Made by a program: the position numbers and the translations under genes
IMG/VR virus record: IMGVR_UViG_3300050343_000013
Span: 1-57,558 of that record
DNA: 57,558 bases
Strand: one strand, 5' to 3'
Origin: a virus
Taxonomy: Duplodnaviria > Caudoviricetes
The notes under the pieces: model-generated
The model's input: the letters and a program-made list of their open reading frames with translations, nothing else
Database searches by the model: none
What the model was told of the DNA's origin: nothing
In this document: one piece after another, positions 31,506 through 39,714 of the stretch
How the letters are laid out: every line of letters begins with the position of its first letter
Position numbering within the stretch: position 1 is the first letter of the stretch

Positions 31506-31774
31506 TATTTCTCTATAACCTCTTTATTTCCACAGACACGTTCATAAACCATGTCTCCAACGTAGGCTTCAGCCCATTTGTTCTCAGTAAAGGTGCAAAA
31601 GTTCCACAGATCGTTTACATCTAGGTTTAATACGTCTAATTGTTCCTGTTGTTCTGCTACTGTGTTCTGTAGATGTTCTATATCGTGGACTAGGTTACTA
31701 ATATACCAAACTAATGCTACTAATTGGATAGCCATTGCAAAGACTAGAGCTACTGGTATCTTTAAGCTATCCAT
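31505..31774 (-). CDS. Membrane-anchored coiled-coil protein
   Basis: N-terminal TM followed by heptad repeats; lies in the lysis cluster. Confidence 0.6.
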   Translation of the reverse strand: MDSLKIPVALVFAMAIQLVALVWYISNLVHDIEHLQNTVAEQQEQLDVLNLDVNDLWNFCTFTENKWAEAYVGDMVYERVCGNKEVIEK

Positions 31775-32029
31775 TTAGTATTCCCATTCCCGTTTTCTTC
31801 TGGGATCTAGAACATCCCTAGCCTTTAAATGGCCTTCAAGGTACATAGCTCTCTCTACCCTGTCCAGAGAGTACTTTATACCTGTATCATTTCTTATTTT
31901 TTCTCTTATGTAGAACACATCGGATCTAGGGATGTGCACTCTACGGAGTTTACCTTCGTCTTCTGAAGCTAATGCCCTGTAAAATTCCTCTACGACATTG
32001 TCAGAAGAGTACATTGCTGGTTTCTTCAT
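31775..32029 (-). CDS. Conserved hypothetical protein, first gene of the leftward arm
   Basis: VVEEFY...HIPRSDVFYIR motif. True start may be the Met at 32014, given the promoter position. Confidence 0.7.
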   Translation of the reverse strand: MKKPAMYSSDNVVEEFYRALASEDEGKLRRVHIPRSDVFYIREKIRNDTGIKYSLDRVERAMYLEGHLKARDVLDPRRKREWEY

Positions 32030-32030
32030 C

Positions 32031-32062
32031 TAGTTATACCTAATTTTTTGGGTAAAGTCAAC
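32031..32062 (-). promoter_or_regulatory. Sigma70-type promoter (leftward)
   Basis: Minus strand TTGACT-N17-TATAAC(TA). Confidence 0.75.
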
Positions 32063-32100
32063 ACTTTTTAAGTGGGACGACAAAAAAAGTTTAGATTTTG

Positions 32101-32184
32101 TCTTAAAGTATACTTAAAGTTACCTTAAGTATATAATAACTATTAATATATTAGTAATAATTAAAACTTAAAGTTACTTTAAGT
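32101..32184. repeat. ACTTWAAGT repeat block (left)
   Basis: Copies at 32101, 32112, 32122 (two degenerate), a 35-bp AT spacer, then 32166 and 32176. Confidence 0.8.
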
Positions 32185-32208
32185 ATTCTTTATGTAATAC
32201 TATAAGTA

Positions 32209-32237
32209 ATTATACAGTATATTGCAGCCGAAGTCAA
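32209..32237 (-). promoter_or_regulatory. Sigma70-type promoter (leftward)
   Basis: Minus strand TTGACT-N17-TATAAT. Confidence 0.75.
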
Positions 32238-32288
32238 CTACTATTTTTAATTTATTTTAAAATAGTTGTAATTAACATTTTATAATCA

Positions 32289-32304
32289 TTAAATTTGGGT
32301 TAAC
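32289..32304. promoter_or_regulatory. CtrA box
   Basis: TTAA-atttggg-TTAAC matches TTAA-N7-TTAAC. Short AT-rich motif, so a chance match is possible. Confidence 0.55.
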
Positions 32305-32305
32305 G

Positions 32306-32321
32306 TGCGACATTTTGTCCA
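32306..32321. promoter_or_regulatory. RegA/PrrA-like box
   Basis: TGCGAC-ATTTT-GTCCA, compared with GCGNC-N5-GNCGC. Confidence 0.35.
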
Positions 32322-32409
32322 GAACTAAAAAATCCCATCTCTGTCATTGGCTATATATACATACCACGCACCCCCACCTGGCGCATGCCCCCCTCCTGTT
32401 CAAAAACAT

Positions 32410-32481
32410 ATTCAATTTTCTGCATGGAACTATCATATTCACATATTCGAATATGTAACATATTGTTTTTATTGAATATGT
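32410..32481. promoter_or_regulatory. Three tandem ATTC-N8-GAAT-type palindromes (ArsR/SqrR-like)
   Basis: ATTC-N8-GCAT at 32410, CATATTC-N8-GAATATG at 32434 and ACATATTG-N8-GAATATGT at 32458. A fourth, perfect core lies at 32837-32852. Confidence 0.5.
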
Positions 32482-32507
32482 AATACAATACACTATTACA
32501 TTGCCGC

Positions 32508-32522
32508 TGTTATAGTATAACA
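32508..32522. promoter_or_regulatory. Zur box
   Basis: Perfect 7-1-7 palindrome TGTTATA-G-TATAACA, the core of the proteobacterial Zur operator. Confidence 0.65.
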
Positions 32523-32533
32523 TAACGTGATAC

Positions 32534-32550
32534 TTGCGAGTGATTCGCAA
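32534..32550. promoter_or_regulatory. Fur/Mur (alpha-type) box
   Basis: TTGCGA-GTGAT-TCGCAA palindrome. Confidence 0.55.
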
Positions 32551-32573
32551 TAGCAAAAGGTTTATGTACACTG

Positions 32574-32629
32574 GAACATAACGTGAACAAATAAACGAGC
32601 TGGTCACACAAAGAGAACAAAACGTGAAT
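32574..32629. promoter_or_regulatory. Two alphaproteobacterial LexA (SOS) boxes
   Basis: GAAC-ataacgt-GAAC (32574-32588) and GAAC-aaaacgt-GAAT (32615-32629). Confidence 0.7.
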
Positions 32630-32673
32630 ACTATCATGTTTCCTGTGGGTGAATAAATGTGCCTACTGAGAAA

Positions 32674-32690
32674 GTTTCCTCAGAGGAAAC
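32674..32690. promoter_or_regulatory. 8-1-8 palindromic operator, cognate protein unknown
   Basis: GTTTCCTC-A-GAGGAAAC, with a degenerate relative at 32638-32654. Confidence 0.5.
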
Positions 32691-33319
32691 GTAGCCGAAT
32701 ATAGGCTAAAATCTAAAAGTAAATTTAAATGTAGAGCCGATATAATAGCCATACAATCAGGTTAAATTTTAGCTAACAGCTGTACCCTAACCTTCGGGAA
32801 ACCTACTGGTGGCTCTTAGGTTTATTCTCAGGGTAAATTCAACTATTTGAATATGATATATTTCGACTATATTTGTGTCGTAAATAGACTATTTTGATGT
32901 CGTTTTTGTACTAAGAAAATTAATTTAATTTTTTTTTATATTTTTCCTTGTCTTTTAAAATATCGAGCTACCTTTAACTTATCGGGTGGTTGAAATCAGA
33001 GTGAGATTTCAGAGTTAGACCGCACCCACGCTATTTGACATAAATTCTTTAGGACTTCGGTAGCACCTAAAGCCCATAATATAAGACTACCCGTTTCTGG
33101 AAAGTGGAATTGACAACTCCAACTCTAGGAAATGCGCCAATAGGACTATCAAAGTATATATGCGATAATTGCTTTGATATTAGATCGTGTTTAAAAGGGG
33201 TCTTTAATCTGAAGGGGTAGGCATGTGATCAAAAAACGTAGCATGGAAGGGTAACAGTCTTAAATAACAATGCGGTATAGGCAAACTTTCTATATCAAGT
33301 GGTTATTTTGTTTGAGCCA

Positions 33320-33334
33320 TTAACTAAGGTTTAA
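33320..33334. promoter_or_regulatory. CtrA box upstream of the first early gene
   Basis: TTAA-ctaaggt-TTAA. Confidence 0.45.
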
Positions 33335-33482
33335 ACAGTATGGATATTCACCAATAAGTTAAAAAGTTTTAGGGCATTAAGTTTTATACTTGATGCCCTA
33401 TGTTATACTTTTAATGTACATTTTACAGTGTGCATTAGCGGTATAACATTAGGTTATATCGACAACGTAAACTCATATAAAA

Positions 33483-34025
33483 TTGGAGATTAAAATGAGT
33501 ATTTCAAACATAGTAAACAACTTCTCACGTAACTTAGGTAATGGTCAAAAAATGGGAGAGGCATTACTTGACGCTATCAATCATGCAATCAAGACTGGTG
33601 ATACTTCTATTATCTCAGTTCTATTTATGAAAGTTAATGACAAAAAAGATAGCAACGCATTATCTGGATTAACTGCTACTGTAAGAGCCGTTTATATCGG
33701 TGCAAACATCACTACTGATAAAAAGACAAATCGCACCATTGTTAAAACCAAAAACGCTACATTATCAAATAGTGCAGTTGAAGTATTAAATCAATTGGTA
33801 GTAGATAGCGTATCAATGCGAGGCAACAAATGGGCTAAAGCTTTCAATACTGAGACTGAGCAAAAACCAGTGGATGTCAAAAAACGTGCGGAAAAATTCG
33901 TAAAAGATAATCCAGAGCTAGTTAATGCTTACATTCACGCACTACAGCAAGCTCAAAAGGTTGCACAAAATGCGGCTAGTCTAGAAAAAGTTGCCACTGA
34001 TGCAGCTCTACTTGCTGCTCAGTAA
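33483..34025 (+). CDS. Early hypothetical protein
   Basis: First rightward ORF. GGAG RBS favours the start MSISN at 33495. Confidence 0.75.
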   Translation: MEIKMSISNIVNNFSRNLGNGQKMGEALLDAINHAIKTGDTSIISVLFMKVNDKKDSNALSGLTATVRAVYIGANITTDKKTNRTIVKTKNATLSNSAVEVLNQLVVDSVSMRGNKWAKAFNTETEQKPVDVKKRAEKFVKDNPELVNAYIHALQQAQKVAQNAASLEKVATDAALLAAQ

Positions 34026-34040
34026 TGTTATAACATAACA
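34026..34040. promoter_or_regulatory. Second Zur-type box
   Basis: TGTTATAACATAACA (reverse complement TGTTATGTTATAACA), immediately after the stop codon. Confidence 0.55.
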
Positions 34041-34057
34041 CTTTAATTAATATTGGA

Positions 34058-34090
34058 TAAACGCCTGATGGTATTCTGTCAGGCGTTTTC
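34058..34090 (+). terminator. Hairpin (terminator or processing site)
   Basis: aaacgcctga-tggtattctg-tcaggcgttt followed by tctc. Confidence 0.5.
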
Positions 34091-34178
34091 TCATGTTAAT
34101 CTGAGAGAGAGGAAAGACATGATTAAGTATAACATACTATCAGAACTATCATAGCGCAAATTTGAAAGGGAATATAAC

Positions 34179-34433
34179 ATGATTGAAGAAAACTTTAATG
34201 GGGCAACATTTCGCCTTGTAACTGAGGATGATATGCAACCAGTATCATTAAATGATCCAATAGAAAACTTCCGTGGCGAGCCTACTGTATTGAGAAATGC
34301 AGTTTGTCCTAGGCATGGTGGGTCTACTGGACGTGTCAATAACTATTACCCAAGTGTGTATGGTCTTAAATGGGTGGAGGTATCAGACTATAATGTGGAC
34401 TTTGTAGAGGAATATGATGAAGATAATTTATAA
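34179..34433 (+). CDS. Early hypothetical protein
   Basis: AAGGG RBS; FRGE...STGRV..YYPSVYGLKW. Confidence 0.7.
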   Translation: MIEENFNGATFRLVTEDDMQPVSLNDPIENFRGEPTVLRNAVCPRHGGSTGRVNNYYPSVYGLKWVEVSDYNVDFVEEYDEDNL

Positions 34434-34533
34434 TGGTAAAAAGTGGGTGCTATATGGTAATGATGGTAAAGTTATTGTCATTACACGCATCCGATCAATT
34501 TGTGAAAGGATAATGCAAAATGTTAATGGATGA
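34414..34533 (+). CDS. 39-aa hypothetical protein (not in ORF track)
   Basis: GAGG RBS. MMKIIYNGKKWVLYGNDGKVIVITRIRSICERIMQNVNG fills the gap. Confidence 0.55.
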   Translation: MMKIIYNGKKWVLYGNDGKVIVITRIRSICERIMQNVNG

Positions 34534-34867
34534 ATTACGTGCGACAGGAAAGTTTCTGTCAAGTAAACGTATACAAAAGCATGGTAACGTGCCTAGTATG
34601 GATAAGTTGAGGCGTAGAAATGCACTGAAGTTTGCTTATGCCTCAGTGCGTGAGGCGGCTCGGTCTGTCAATGAGTACGTGCTTGAAGGTACTTACTTTG
34701 ATGGTAATGATACCAAAACTGTAGAGATGTCTGGTGAAAGTCTGTCTGATATTGTGTCAGCAATACAACAGTCTGATCCAAACTTTGGTCTGTATGATAT
34801 GTCATTCGATGGTGGATGGTTTGTCGCAGACTATAACGTGACTGCACAAGTACGCAGTTTAATATAA
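34520..34867 (+). CDS. Early hypothetical protein
   Basis: 115-aa ORF in the operon. Confidence 0.65.
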   Translation: MLMDELRATGKFLSSKRIQKHGNVPSMDKLRRRNALKFAYASVREAARSVNEYVLEGTYFDGNDTKTVEMSGESLSDIVSAIQQSDPNFGLYDMSFDGGWFVADYNVTAQVRSLI

Positions 34868-34889
34868 ACCCTAACTGTAGGAGGTTATA

Positions 34890-35234
34890 ATGGGTAATTC
34901 AAAAGGTAATCGTTTTAGTGTAGATGTTCAAATCGCAGCGTGTCAGATGTACATGGGCAATCCTTCTATAACTCAGGATGAAGTTTCTGATCACTTTGGT
35001 ATGAGTAAGTATACTCTTAGTAAGTGGCTCAGAAAGCATGGTTTTTCTTTGAAAGTTGCAAAGCGTCTACCTATGCCTACTAGAGCTGATAGAGTTGCTA
35101 GGAACTTCAAGGTGTTAAAGACTGAGCATAACAAGGTCAAGGCTGAGTTGATGCAGCTTAAGCAAGCTCAACAGCTTGACAATACATGGCTTAGTGACAA
35201 GCTCAATGACTATGGCACAAGCTATAATCAATAG
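34890..35234 (+). CDS. HTH DNA-binding protein with a coiled-coil tail
   Basis: AGGAGG RBS and the HTH TQDEVSDHFGMSKYTLSKWLRK. Confidence 0.7.
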   Translation: MGNSKGNRFSVDVQIAACQMYMGNPSITQDEVSDHFGMSKYTLSKWLRKHGFSLKVAKRLPMPTRADRVARNFKVLKTEHNKVKAELMQLKQAQQLDNTWLSDKLNDYGTSYNQ

Positions 35235-35249
35235 GAGTAACTAATACAA

Positions 35250-35855
35250 ATGAATATATTTGCACTGTCTCGGTGTCCGATGCAGTCAGCATGGTGGTTA
35301 GATGACATCCGTAAGAACAAGATGATTCTTGAGTCTGCACAGATGTTGTCTACCGCAGTGCGTTTACTCAGCGGAACACTAATCGAAGTCAGGGTTAAGC
35401 ATGGGTCAGGTACACGACTCAAACAACACTGGCTTCTTCCTAATGAGGATATAGGTGAGATAGAAGAACCTGTCTCACTATTTAGTAATCTATTCTCAGA
35501 TAGCATTTACAAGGTGGCTTATGCCAATCACCCTTGTACAATCTGGGCTAGGCAATCACGAGATAACTTCAAGTGGTTGCTTAGTCATATGTCTCACCTA
35601 TGGTTACAGAAAGGTGGTGAGCATGGGTCAGCTAGACTTATCCCACAATTGGATGAGTATAGTTCTACTGGATATTTTCCTAATGAGGAGTTGACACCTT
35701 TTGCCAACTGTGCTAGGAATTTAGAACGTGGAGTTGATTATTCAGAACATGCAGATACACATGAAGCGTATCGACTATATATGAATGATCGTTGGAAAGA
35801 AACTAACATTACCTTGACATGGCGTTGGGGTAGAGAGCCAGAATGGAGGAACTAG
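35250..35855 (+). CDS. Pyrimidine-dimer DNA glycosylase (DenV/PDG)-like protein
   Basis: MNIF...KMILESAQMLST...YKVAYANHPCTIWAR motif. Confidence 0.75.
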   Translation: MNIFALSRCPMQSAWWLDDIRKNKMILESAQMLSTAVRLLSGTLIEVRVKHGSGTRLKQHWLLPNEDIGEIEEPVSLFSNLFSDSIYKVAYANHPCTIWARQSRDNFKWLLSHMSHLWLQKGGEHGSARLIPQLDEYSSTGYFPNEELTPFANCARNLERGVDYSEHADTHEAYRLYMNDRWKETNITLTWRWGREPEWRN

Positions 35856-35856
35856 T

Positions 35857-37487
35857 ATGGCTAAATATTGGTTAATGCCTCATGATATGGACAAGGTCAC
35901 TGCATACAATGCACACCTTGCTTCACAGCTTGAGCTATACAAAAACTATGATGTAGACAAACCAGAGATACATATTGCTTACAATGACAGCAAGACTCTC
36001 ATGGGTGGAGACCTGTGGATCAATGACATGAAGTTTGTAGTATCTCAACCACAAGCCAATGGCTTTGTTGTCAAACGTGACTGGTCTGTACCTGACGAGC
36101 TTGACCCTGTGCTCAAGGCGTGGGGCAACTATGAAGATGTAAATATGTTTAATACTCGTGACGATACATTAGTCACATGGTTTGATAAGGCATTCTTAGC
36201 AGTGACTAATGATTTGTGTGTCGACAAACCTGATGTCAAATGTAAGATGCGTATGCGCTGCTTTGCACCTCGTAGGTCTAAGCGGTTTGCACCTAAGATC
36301 ACCATGTATCAATCTGCTCGTGATCGCTTTGAGCGTGATCGTGAGGTTGCCATGAAGCCTGCTCGTGCATTTGCTATAATGTTTCCTGAGCTTGACCATA
36401 AACAAATCATTCAACTCACTGACCAGTACCTTGAAAGGTTTGCTAAACGTGAGTTGTTTATCAGGGAGGGTAGTGATGCCAAGGACTTTGTTAAAGCATA
36501 CTCATGGGAGCAAGCCCCTACTGACAACGTCAATACCACTTATCAACGTAAGTCTAGTGCATCATCATGTATGCGGTACAGCTTCGATAGCTTGCCTTTA
36601 CATCCAGTTACAGCGTATGCAAGCGGTGACTTCAATATGTTATGGACAGAGGACAAAGAAGGTAGAATCGCATCTCGTTGTGTGGTTCGTGTCATGGAAG
36701 ATGGGGCTTACAGAGGAGGTCCGATATATGGTGTGTCAGAGCAAGCCATAGATATACTAGAGCATCATATTCAATTGTACTGGCGGTGAGTTTGGTTGTA
36801 GATGGTGCATGGGAAGGTGCTAGGCTACTACGCCAACCAGTTGACGAGGGTGATAGTGATGAGGGATTCTATGCACCATACCTTGACCCTGAGCCACGCA
36901 GACTGACTGATGATGGTGAGTACCTTGGTTATTCAAGATTGTCATGGTGAGATTGATGCTAATTCGTACCAAGGTATACTAGGCGGTGAAGAGTTGTCGT
37001 TGTAGTTCTTGTGGTACAGGTATGCAGTGAGGATGAGTCGTATTACAGTGAGTATTGTGATACGGTTCTGTGCAATGATTGCTACCATGACGAGCATTTC
37101 TACTGTGAGTATGCTGATGGTGACTACCATATTGACCAGTCTTACACGGTCTATGTACCTTGCAGTTGGAAACCTGGTTACACTGAGGAGCGTGTCAGTG
37201 ACTGGGCTGTTGAGTATGGTGATTACTTTATGTTCTGTGACAATGACGATGAGCACTGGCACATTGACCTAGCTTACTACTGTGAGGATGAGGATTGCTA
37301 TATCAGTCAACGTGGTATTGATGCAGGTACTTACTTTATATCTGACTGGGATGGTGAGGTATATGCTGCCGATCAGAAGGCTACCACAGACACTGGTGAG
37401 ACTATATCTATTGAGGAAGCTAAAGATGCTGACCTTGAGTATGATGAAACAAATAATGTATGGAATGTAAAAGAGGAGAATGACTAA
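35857..37487 (+). CDS. Large early protein with an SCM domain and C-terminal Cys/His-rich repeats (frameshifted)
   Basis: ORF 35857-36789 (SSCMRY, HPVTAYASGD, ASRCVV) continues via indels (FYAPYLD) into 37011-37487 (CNDC, YCEY, FCD, YCE repeats). Confidence 0.6.
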
Positions 37488-38453
37488 TGCATAGTCTAGT
37501 AGAAATGTTGCGTTACAAACGCCCAGAGGGTAGTGAGACGCAAAAAGCTTTTTGTAAAAGGTTTCTCGAACCTACGTTCGGTAAGCCTGACAAGTTTGGT
37601 AACTATATCAAGATCATAGGTGACAAGCCTAATGTATGCTACACTGCACACCATGACACTGTACATACCACCGATGGTTTCCAAAAACTTATTATTATGA
37701 ATGATGTAGTGTCCATATCTAATCATGCTGACTCTAACTGTCTAGGTGCTGACTGTACCACTGGTGTATGGCTCATACTTGGTATGATTGAGTTCGGTGT
37801 ACAAGGTGTGTATGTCATCCATGCAGCTGAGGAATCTGGGTGTCAAGGCAGTCAGCATCTCATAGCATCTGACCCTGTGTGGTTGGGGCATATCGACGCA
37901 GTGATATCCTTTGATCGTAAGGGTCAAAAATCTGTGATCACACACCAGATGGGTATCCGTACTGCATCAGATGCCTTTGCAAAATCTTTTATAGATGTTG
38001 TAAATATGTCACAGTTAGAACCTGACAGCTACTGGCTCTTATACTGACAGCAATGAGTATGCTCCAATAGTATCTGAGTGTACAAATATCAGTGTTGGCT
38101 ACTACAATCAGCACACTAAGAACGAGGTACAAGACCTTGATTATGCTGATGAATTACTGCTTGCACTATGTCAAGCTGACTGGTCTGGTCTAGTGTTTGA
38201 ACGTGATGTATCAGAGGTAGAAGACCTGTGGCGTAATGTATCAGGTGGTGATAAGTATGGGTATAAGTACAACTATGATGAGGACAATGCCTTTGACCTT
38301 GAGCAGATAATTATAGATTATCCGACAAGAGTTGCAGAACTACTTGACTCCTATGGATTCAACCCACACACCCTCATGGAGGAGTGTCAGATAGATGATA
38401 TGTCCATGTACTATAACTATAGTGACAATTATGTCAAACGTAAACGTATGTGA
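37487..38453 (+). CDS. M28-like zinc peptidase (frameshift near 38030)
   Basis: AHHDTVH, LGADCTTGV, HAAEESG and SFDRKG, then YTDSNEY, ECTNISVGYYNQHT in a shifted frame, joining 38193-38453. Confidence 0.8.
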
Positions 38454-38500
38454 CAACGTGCCACACTTGATGTTTTATCAAAATAGTGTATTTTATATAT

Positions 38501-38580
38501 ACTTTAAGTAACTTAAAGTTTTTTAATATTTATAGTAGTAATATTAAATACTTTAAGTATAACTATAGGTTCCTTAATGT
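38501..38580. repeat. ACTTWAAGT repeat block (right), mirror of 32101-32184
   Basis: Copies at 38501 and 38511, a 30-bp AT spacer, then 38550 and degenerate copies at 38562 and 38572. Contains GTATAACTA at 38557. Confidence 0.75.
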
Positions 38581-38591
38581 AGGAGGTTCCT

Positions 38592-38645
38592 ATGGAAATA
38601 GATGACCCACATGATGACTGCTCACATTGGATAGGAAAGATATGA
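38592..38645 (+). CDS. 17-aa leader peptide coupled to the integrase
   Basis: AGGAGG at 38581, then MEIDDPHDDCSHWIGKI. The stop overlaps the integrase ATG (ATGA). Confidence 0.55.
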   Translation: MEIDDPHDDCSHWIGKI

Positions 38646-39526
38646 AATTTAATAAAGCTGTAGACAAGTATCTCCACACTCGTCAGTTCAACTCTCTCTC
38701 TAGTTCCTCGCAAAAGAACTACGAGTGTTGTCTGTTAGCTTTCTGTCGTATGTCTGTTATGGGAAGAAAACTTGGTAATGTAAACTTAGATAAGTTGAGT
38801 ATAGCCATGTGCTCTGAGATGTACGATACGTGGGAGCTGGAAACATCCACCTCTAATGCAAACCATAACGCTAGGGTGTTTTCAGTTCTCATTAATTATC
38901 TTATTGCAATGGAGATAATGATGCTTAACCCAATGGCTAGAGTTAAGAAACGCCACAGTGAACCTCGCTCTGTCGTCTGGACACATGATCAAGTACTATC
39001 ATTTCTAGACGTAGCATTCACAAAGTTTGAGTGGCGTAACATCGGACTGATTGTCCTGATGTGTTATGAGTGGGGTCAACGCCCAATAGATATTCGTAAT
39101 CTAACTTGGAATGATGTTGACCTTGAGAAGAGAGTTGTAGAAATCAAACAGACTAAACGTGGAGCTGAGGTAGAATTACCAATACCTGACAACTTAGTTG
39201 GTATGCTCACTGAACAGAAAGGTGACTGGGACTTCCAAGAATATGTAGTACCTCACCACAGAGCCTCAGATGGTGCGTACAGACCGCTAACAGTTCACCA
39301 GATGTCTGCACTACTGGCAGAGGTTAAAGCTCTTGCAGGGCTTCCTGATGATCTGAGGGTGGGTGATCTACGTAAGACTGCCATTGTTCAGATGATTGAG
39401 GGTGAGGTAGATCACTTGGCTATTCAATCTGTGACTGGTCATAAACATGTTAGTAGTTTAAATCCGTACAATAAATTCAGTTTAAAAACCGCAAAGTCTG
39501 CATTGGAGAGGAGACAAAGGCAATGA
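38642..39526 (+). CDS. int: Tyrosine recombinase/integrase
   Basis: Catalytic R (GQRPIDI), K (KQTKRG), GDLRKT (HxxR variant), TGH and Y (LNPY), with an N-terminal SAM-like domain. Confidence 0.9.
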   Translation: MKFNKAVDKYLHTRQFNSLSSSSQKNYECCLLAFCRMSVMGRKLGNVNLDKLSIAMCSEMYDTWELETSTSNANHNARVFSVLINYLIAMEIMMLNPMARVKKRHSEPRSVVWTHDQVLSFLDVAFTKFEWRNIGLIVLMCYEWGQRPIDIRNLTWNDVDLEKRVVEIKQTKRGAEVELPIPDNLVGMLTEQKGDWDFQEYVVPHHRASDGAYRPLTVHQMSALLAEVKALAGLPDDLRVGDLRKTAIVQMIEGEVDHLAIQSVTGHKHVSSLNPYNKFSLKTAKSALERRQRQ

Positions 39527-39714
39527 GTAAAAAAGATAGAAAAATACCTGCCGCTACTTTTAGAAAGTATGGTAAGCTATTTGCAGAGGGTAAAATTGAA
39601 GAGGAGTACGCACTAGAGTTTTCAGCTCTATTCTTTTTAATGGCAGCTGACATAGAATTTCATGAAGAGCTTGCAAAAGATTGGGATGACTGGTATGAAG
39701 GACCGATACATTAA
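39523..39714 (+). CDS. Hypothetical protein
   Basis: ATGA-coupled to int. Confidence 0.65.
   Translation: MSKKDRKIPAATFRKYGKLFAEGKIEEEYALEFSALFFLMAADIEFHEELAKDWDDWYEGPIH

Noticed and set aside
1618-31778. Numerous plus-strand ORFs opposite the structural genes (and minus-strand ORFs opposite the replication genes)
   Set aside because: They are antisense shadows of long genes, lack RBSs or motifs, and run against the operon direction.
32247-32260. Additional TTAA...TTAA pairs as CtrA boxes (also at 33191-33207)
   Set aside because: Their spacing is 6 or 9 nt rather than 7, which is expected by chance in AT-rich DNA.
32344-32637. 97-aa minus-strand ORF in the control region
   Set aside because: No RBS, atypical composition, and it overlaps the palindromic operator array. 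Likely spurious.
34890-35234. HTH resembling an IS3-family transposase OrfA
   Set aside because: No DDE transposase or terminal inverted repeats nearby. Treated as a phage DNA-binding protein.
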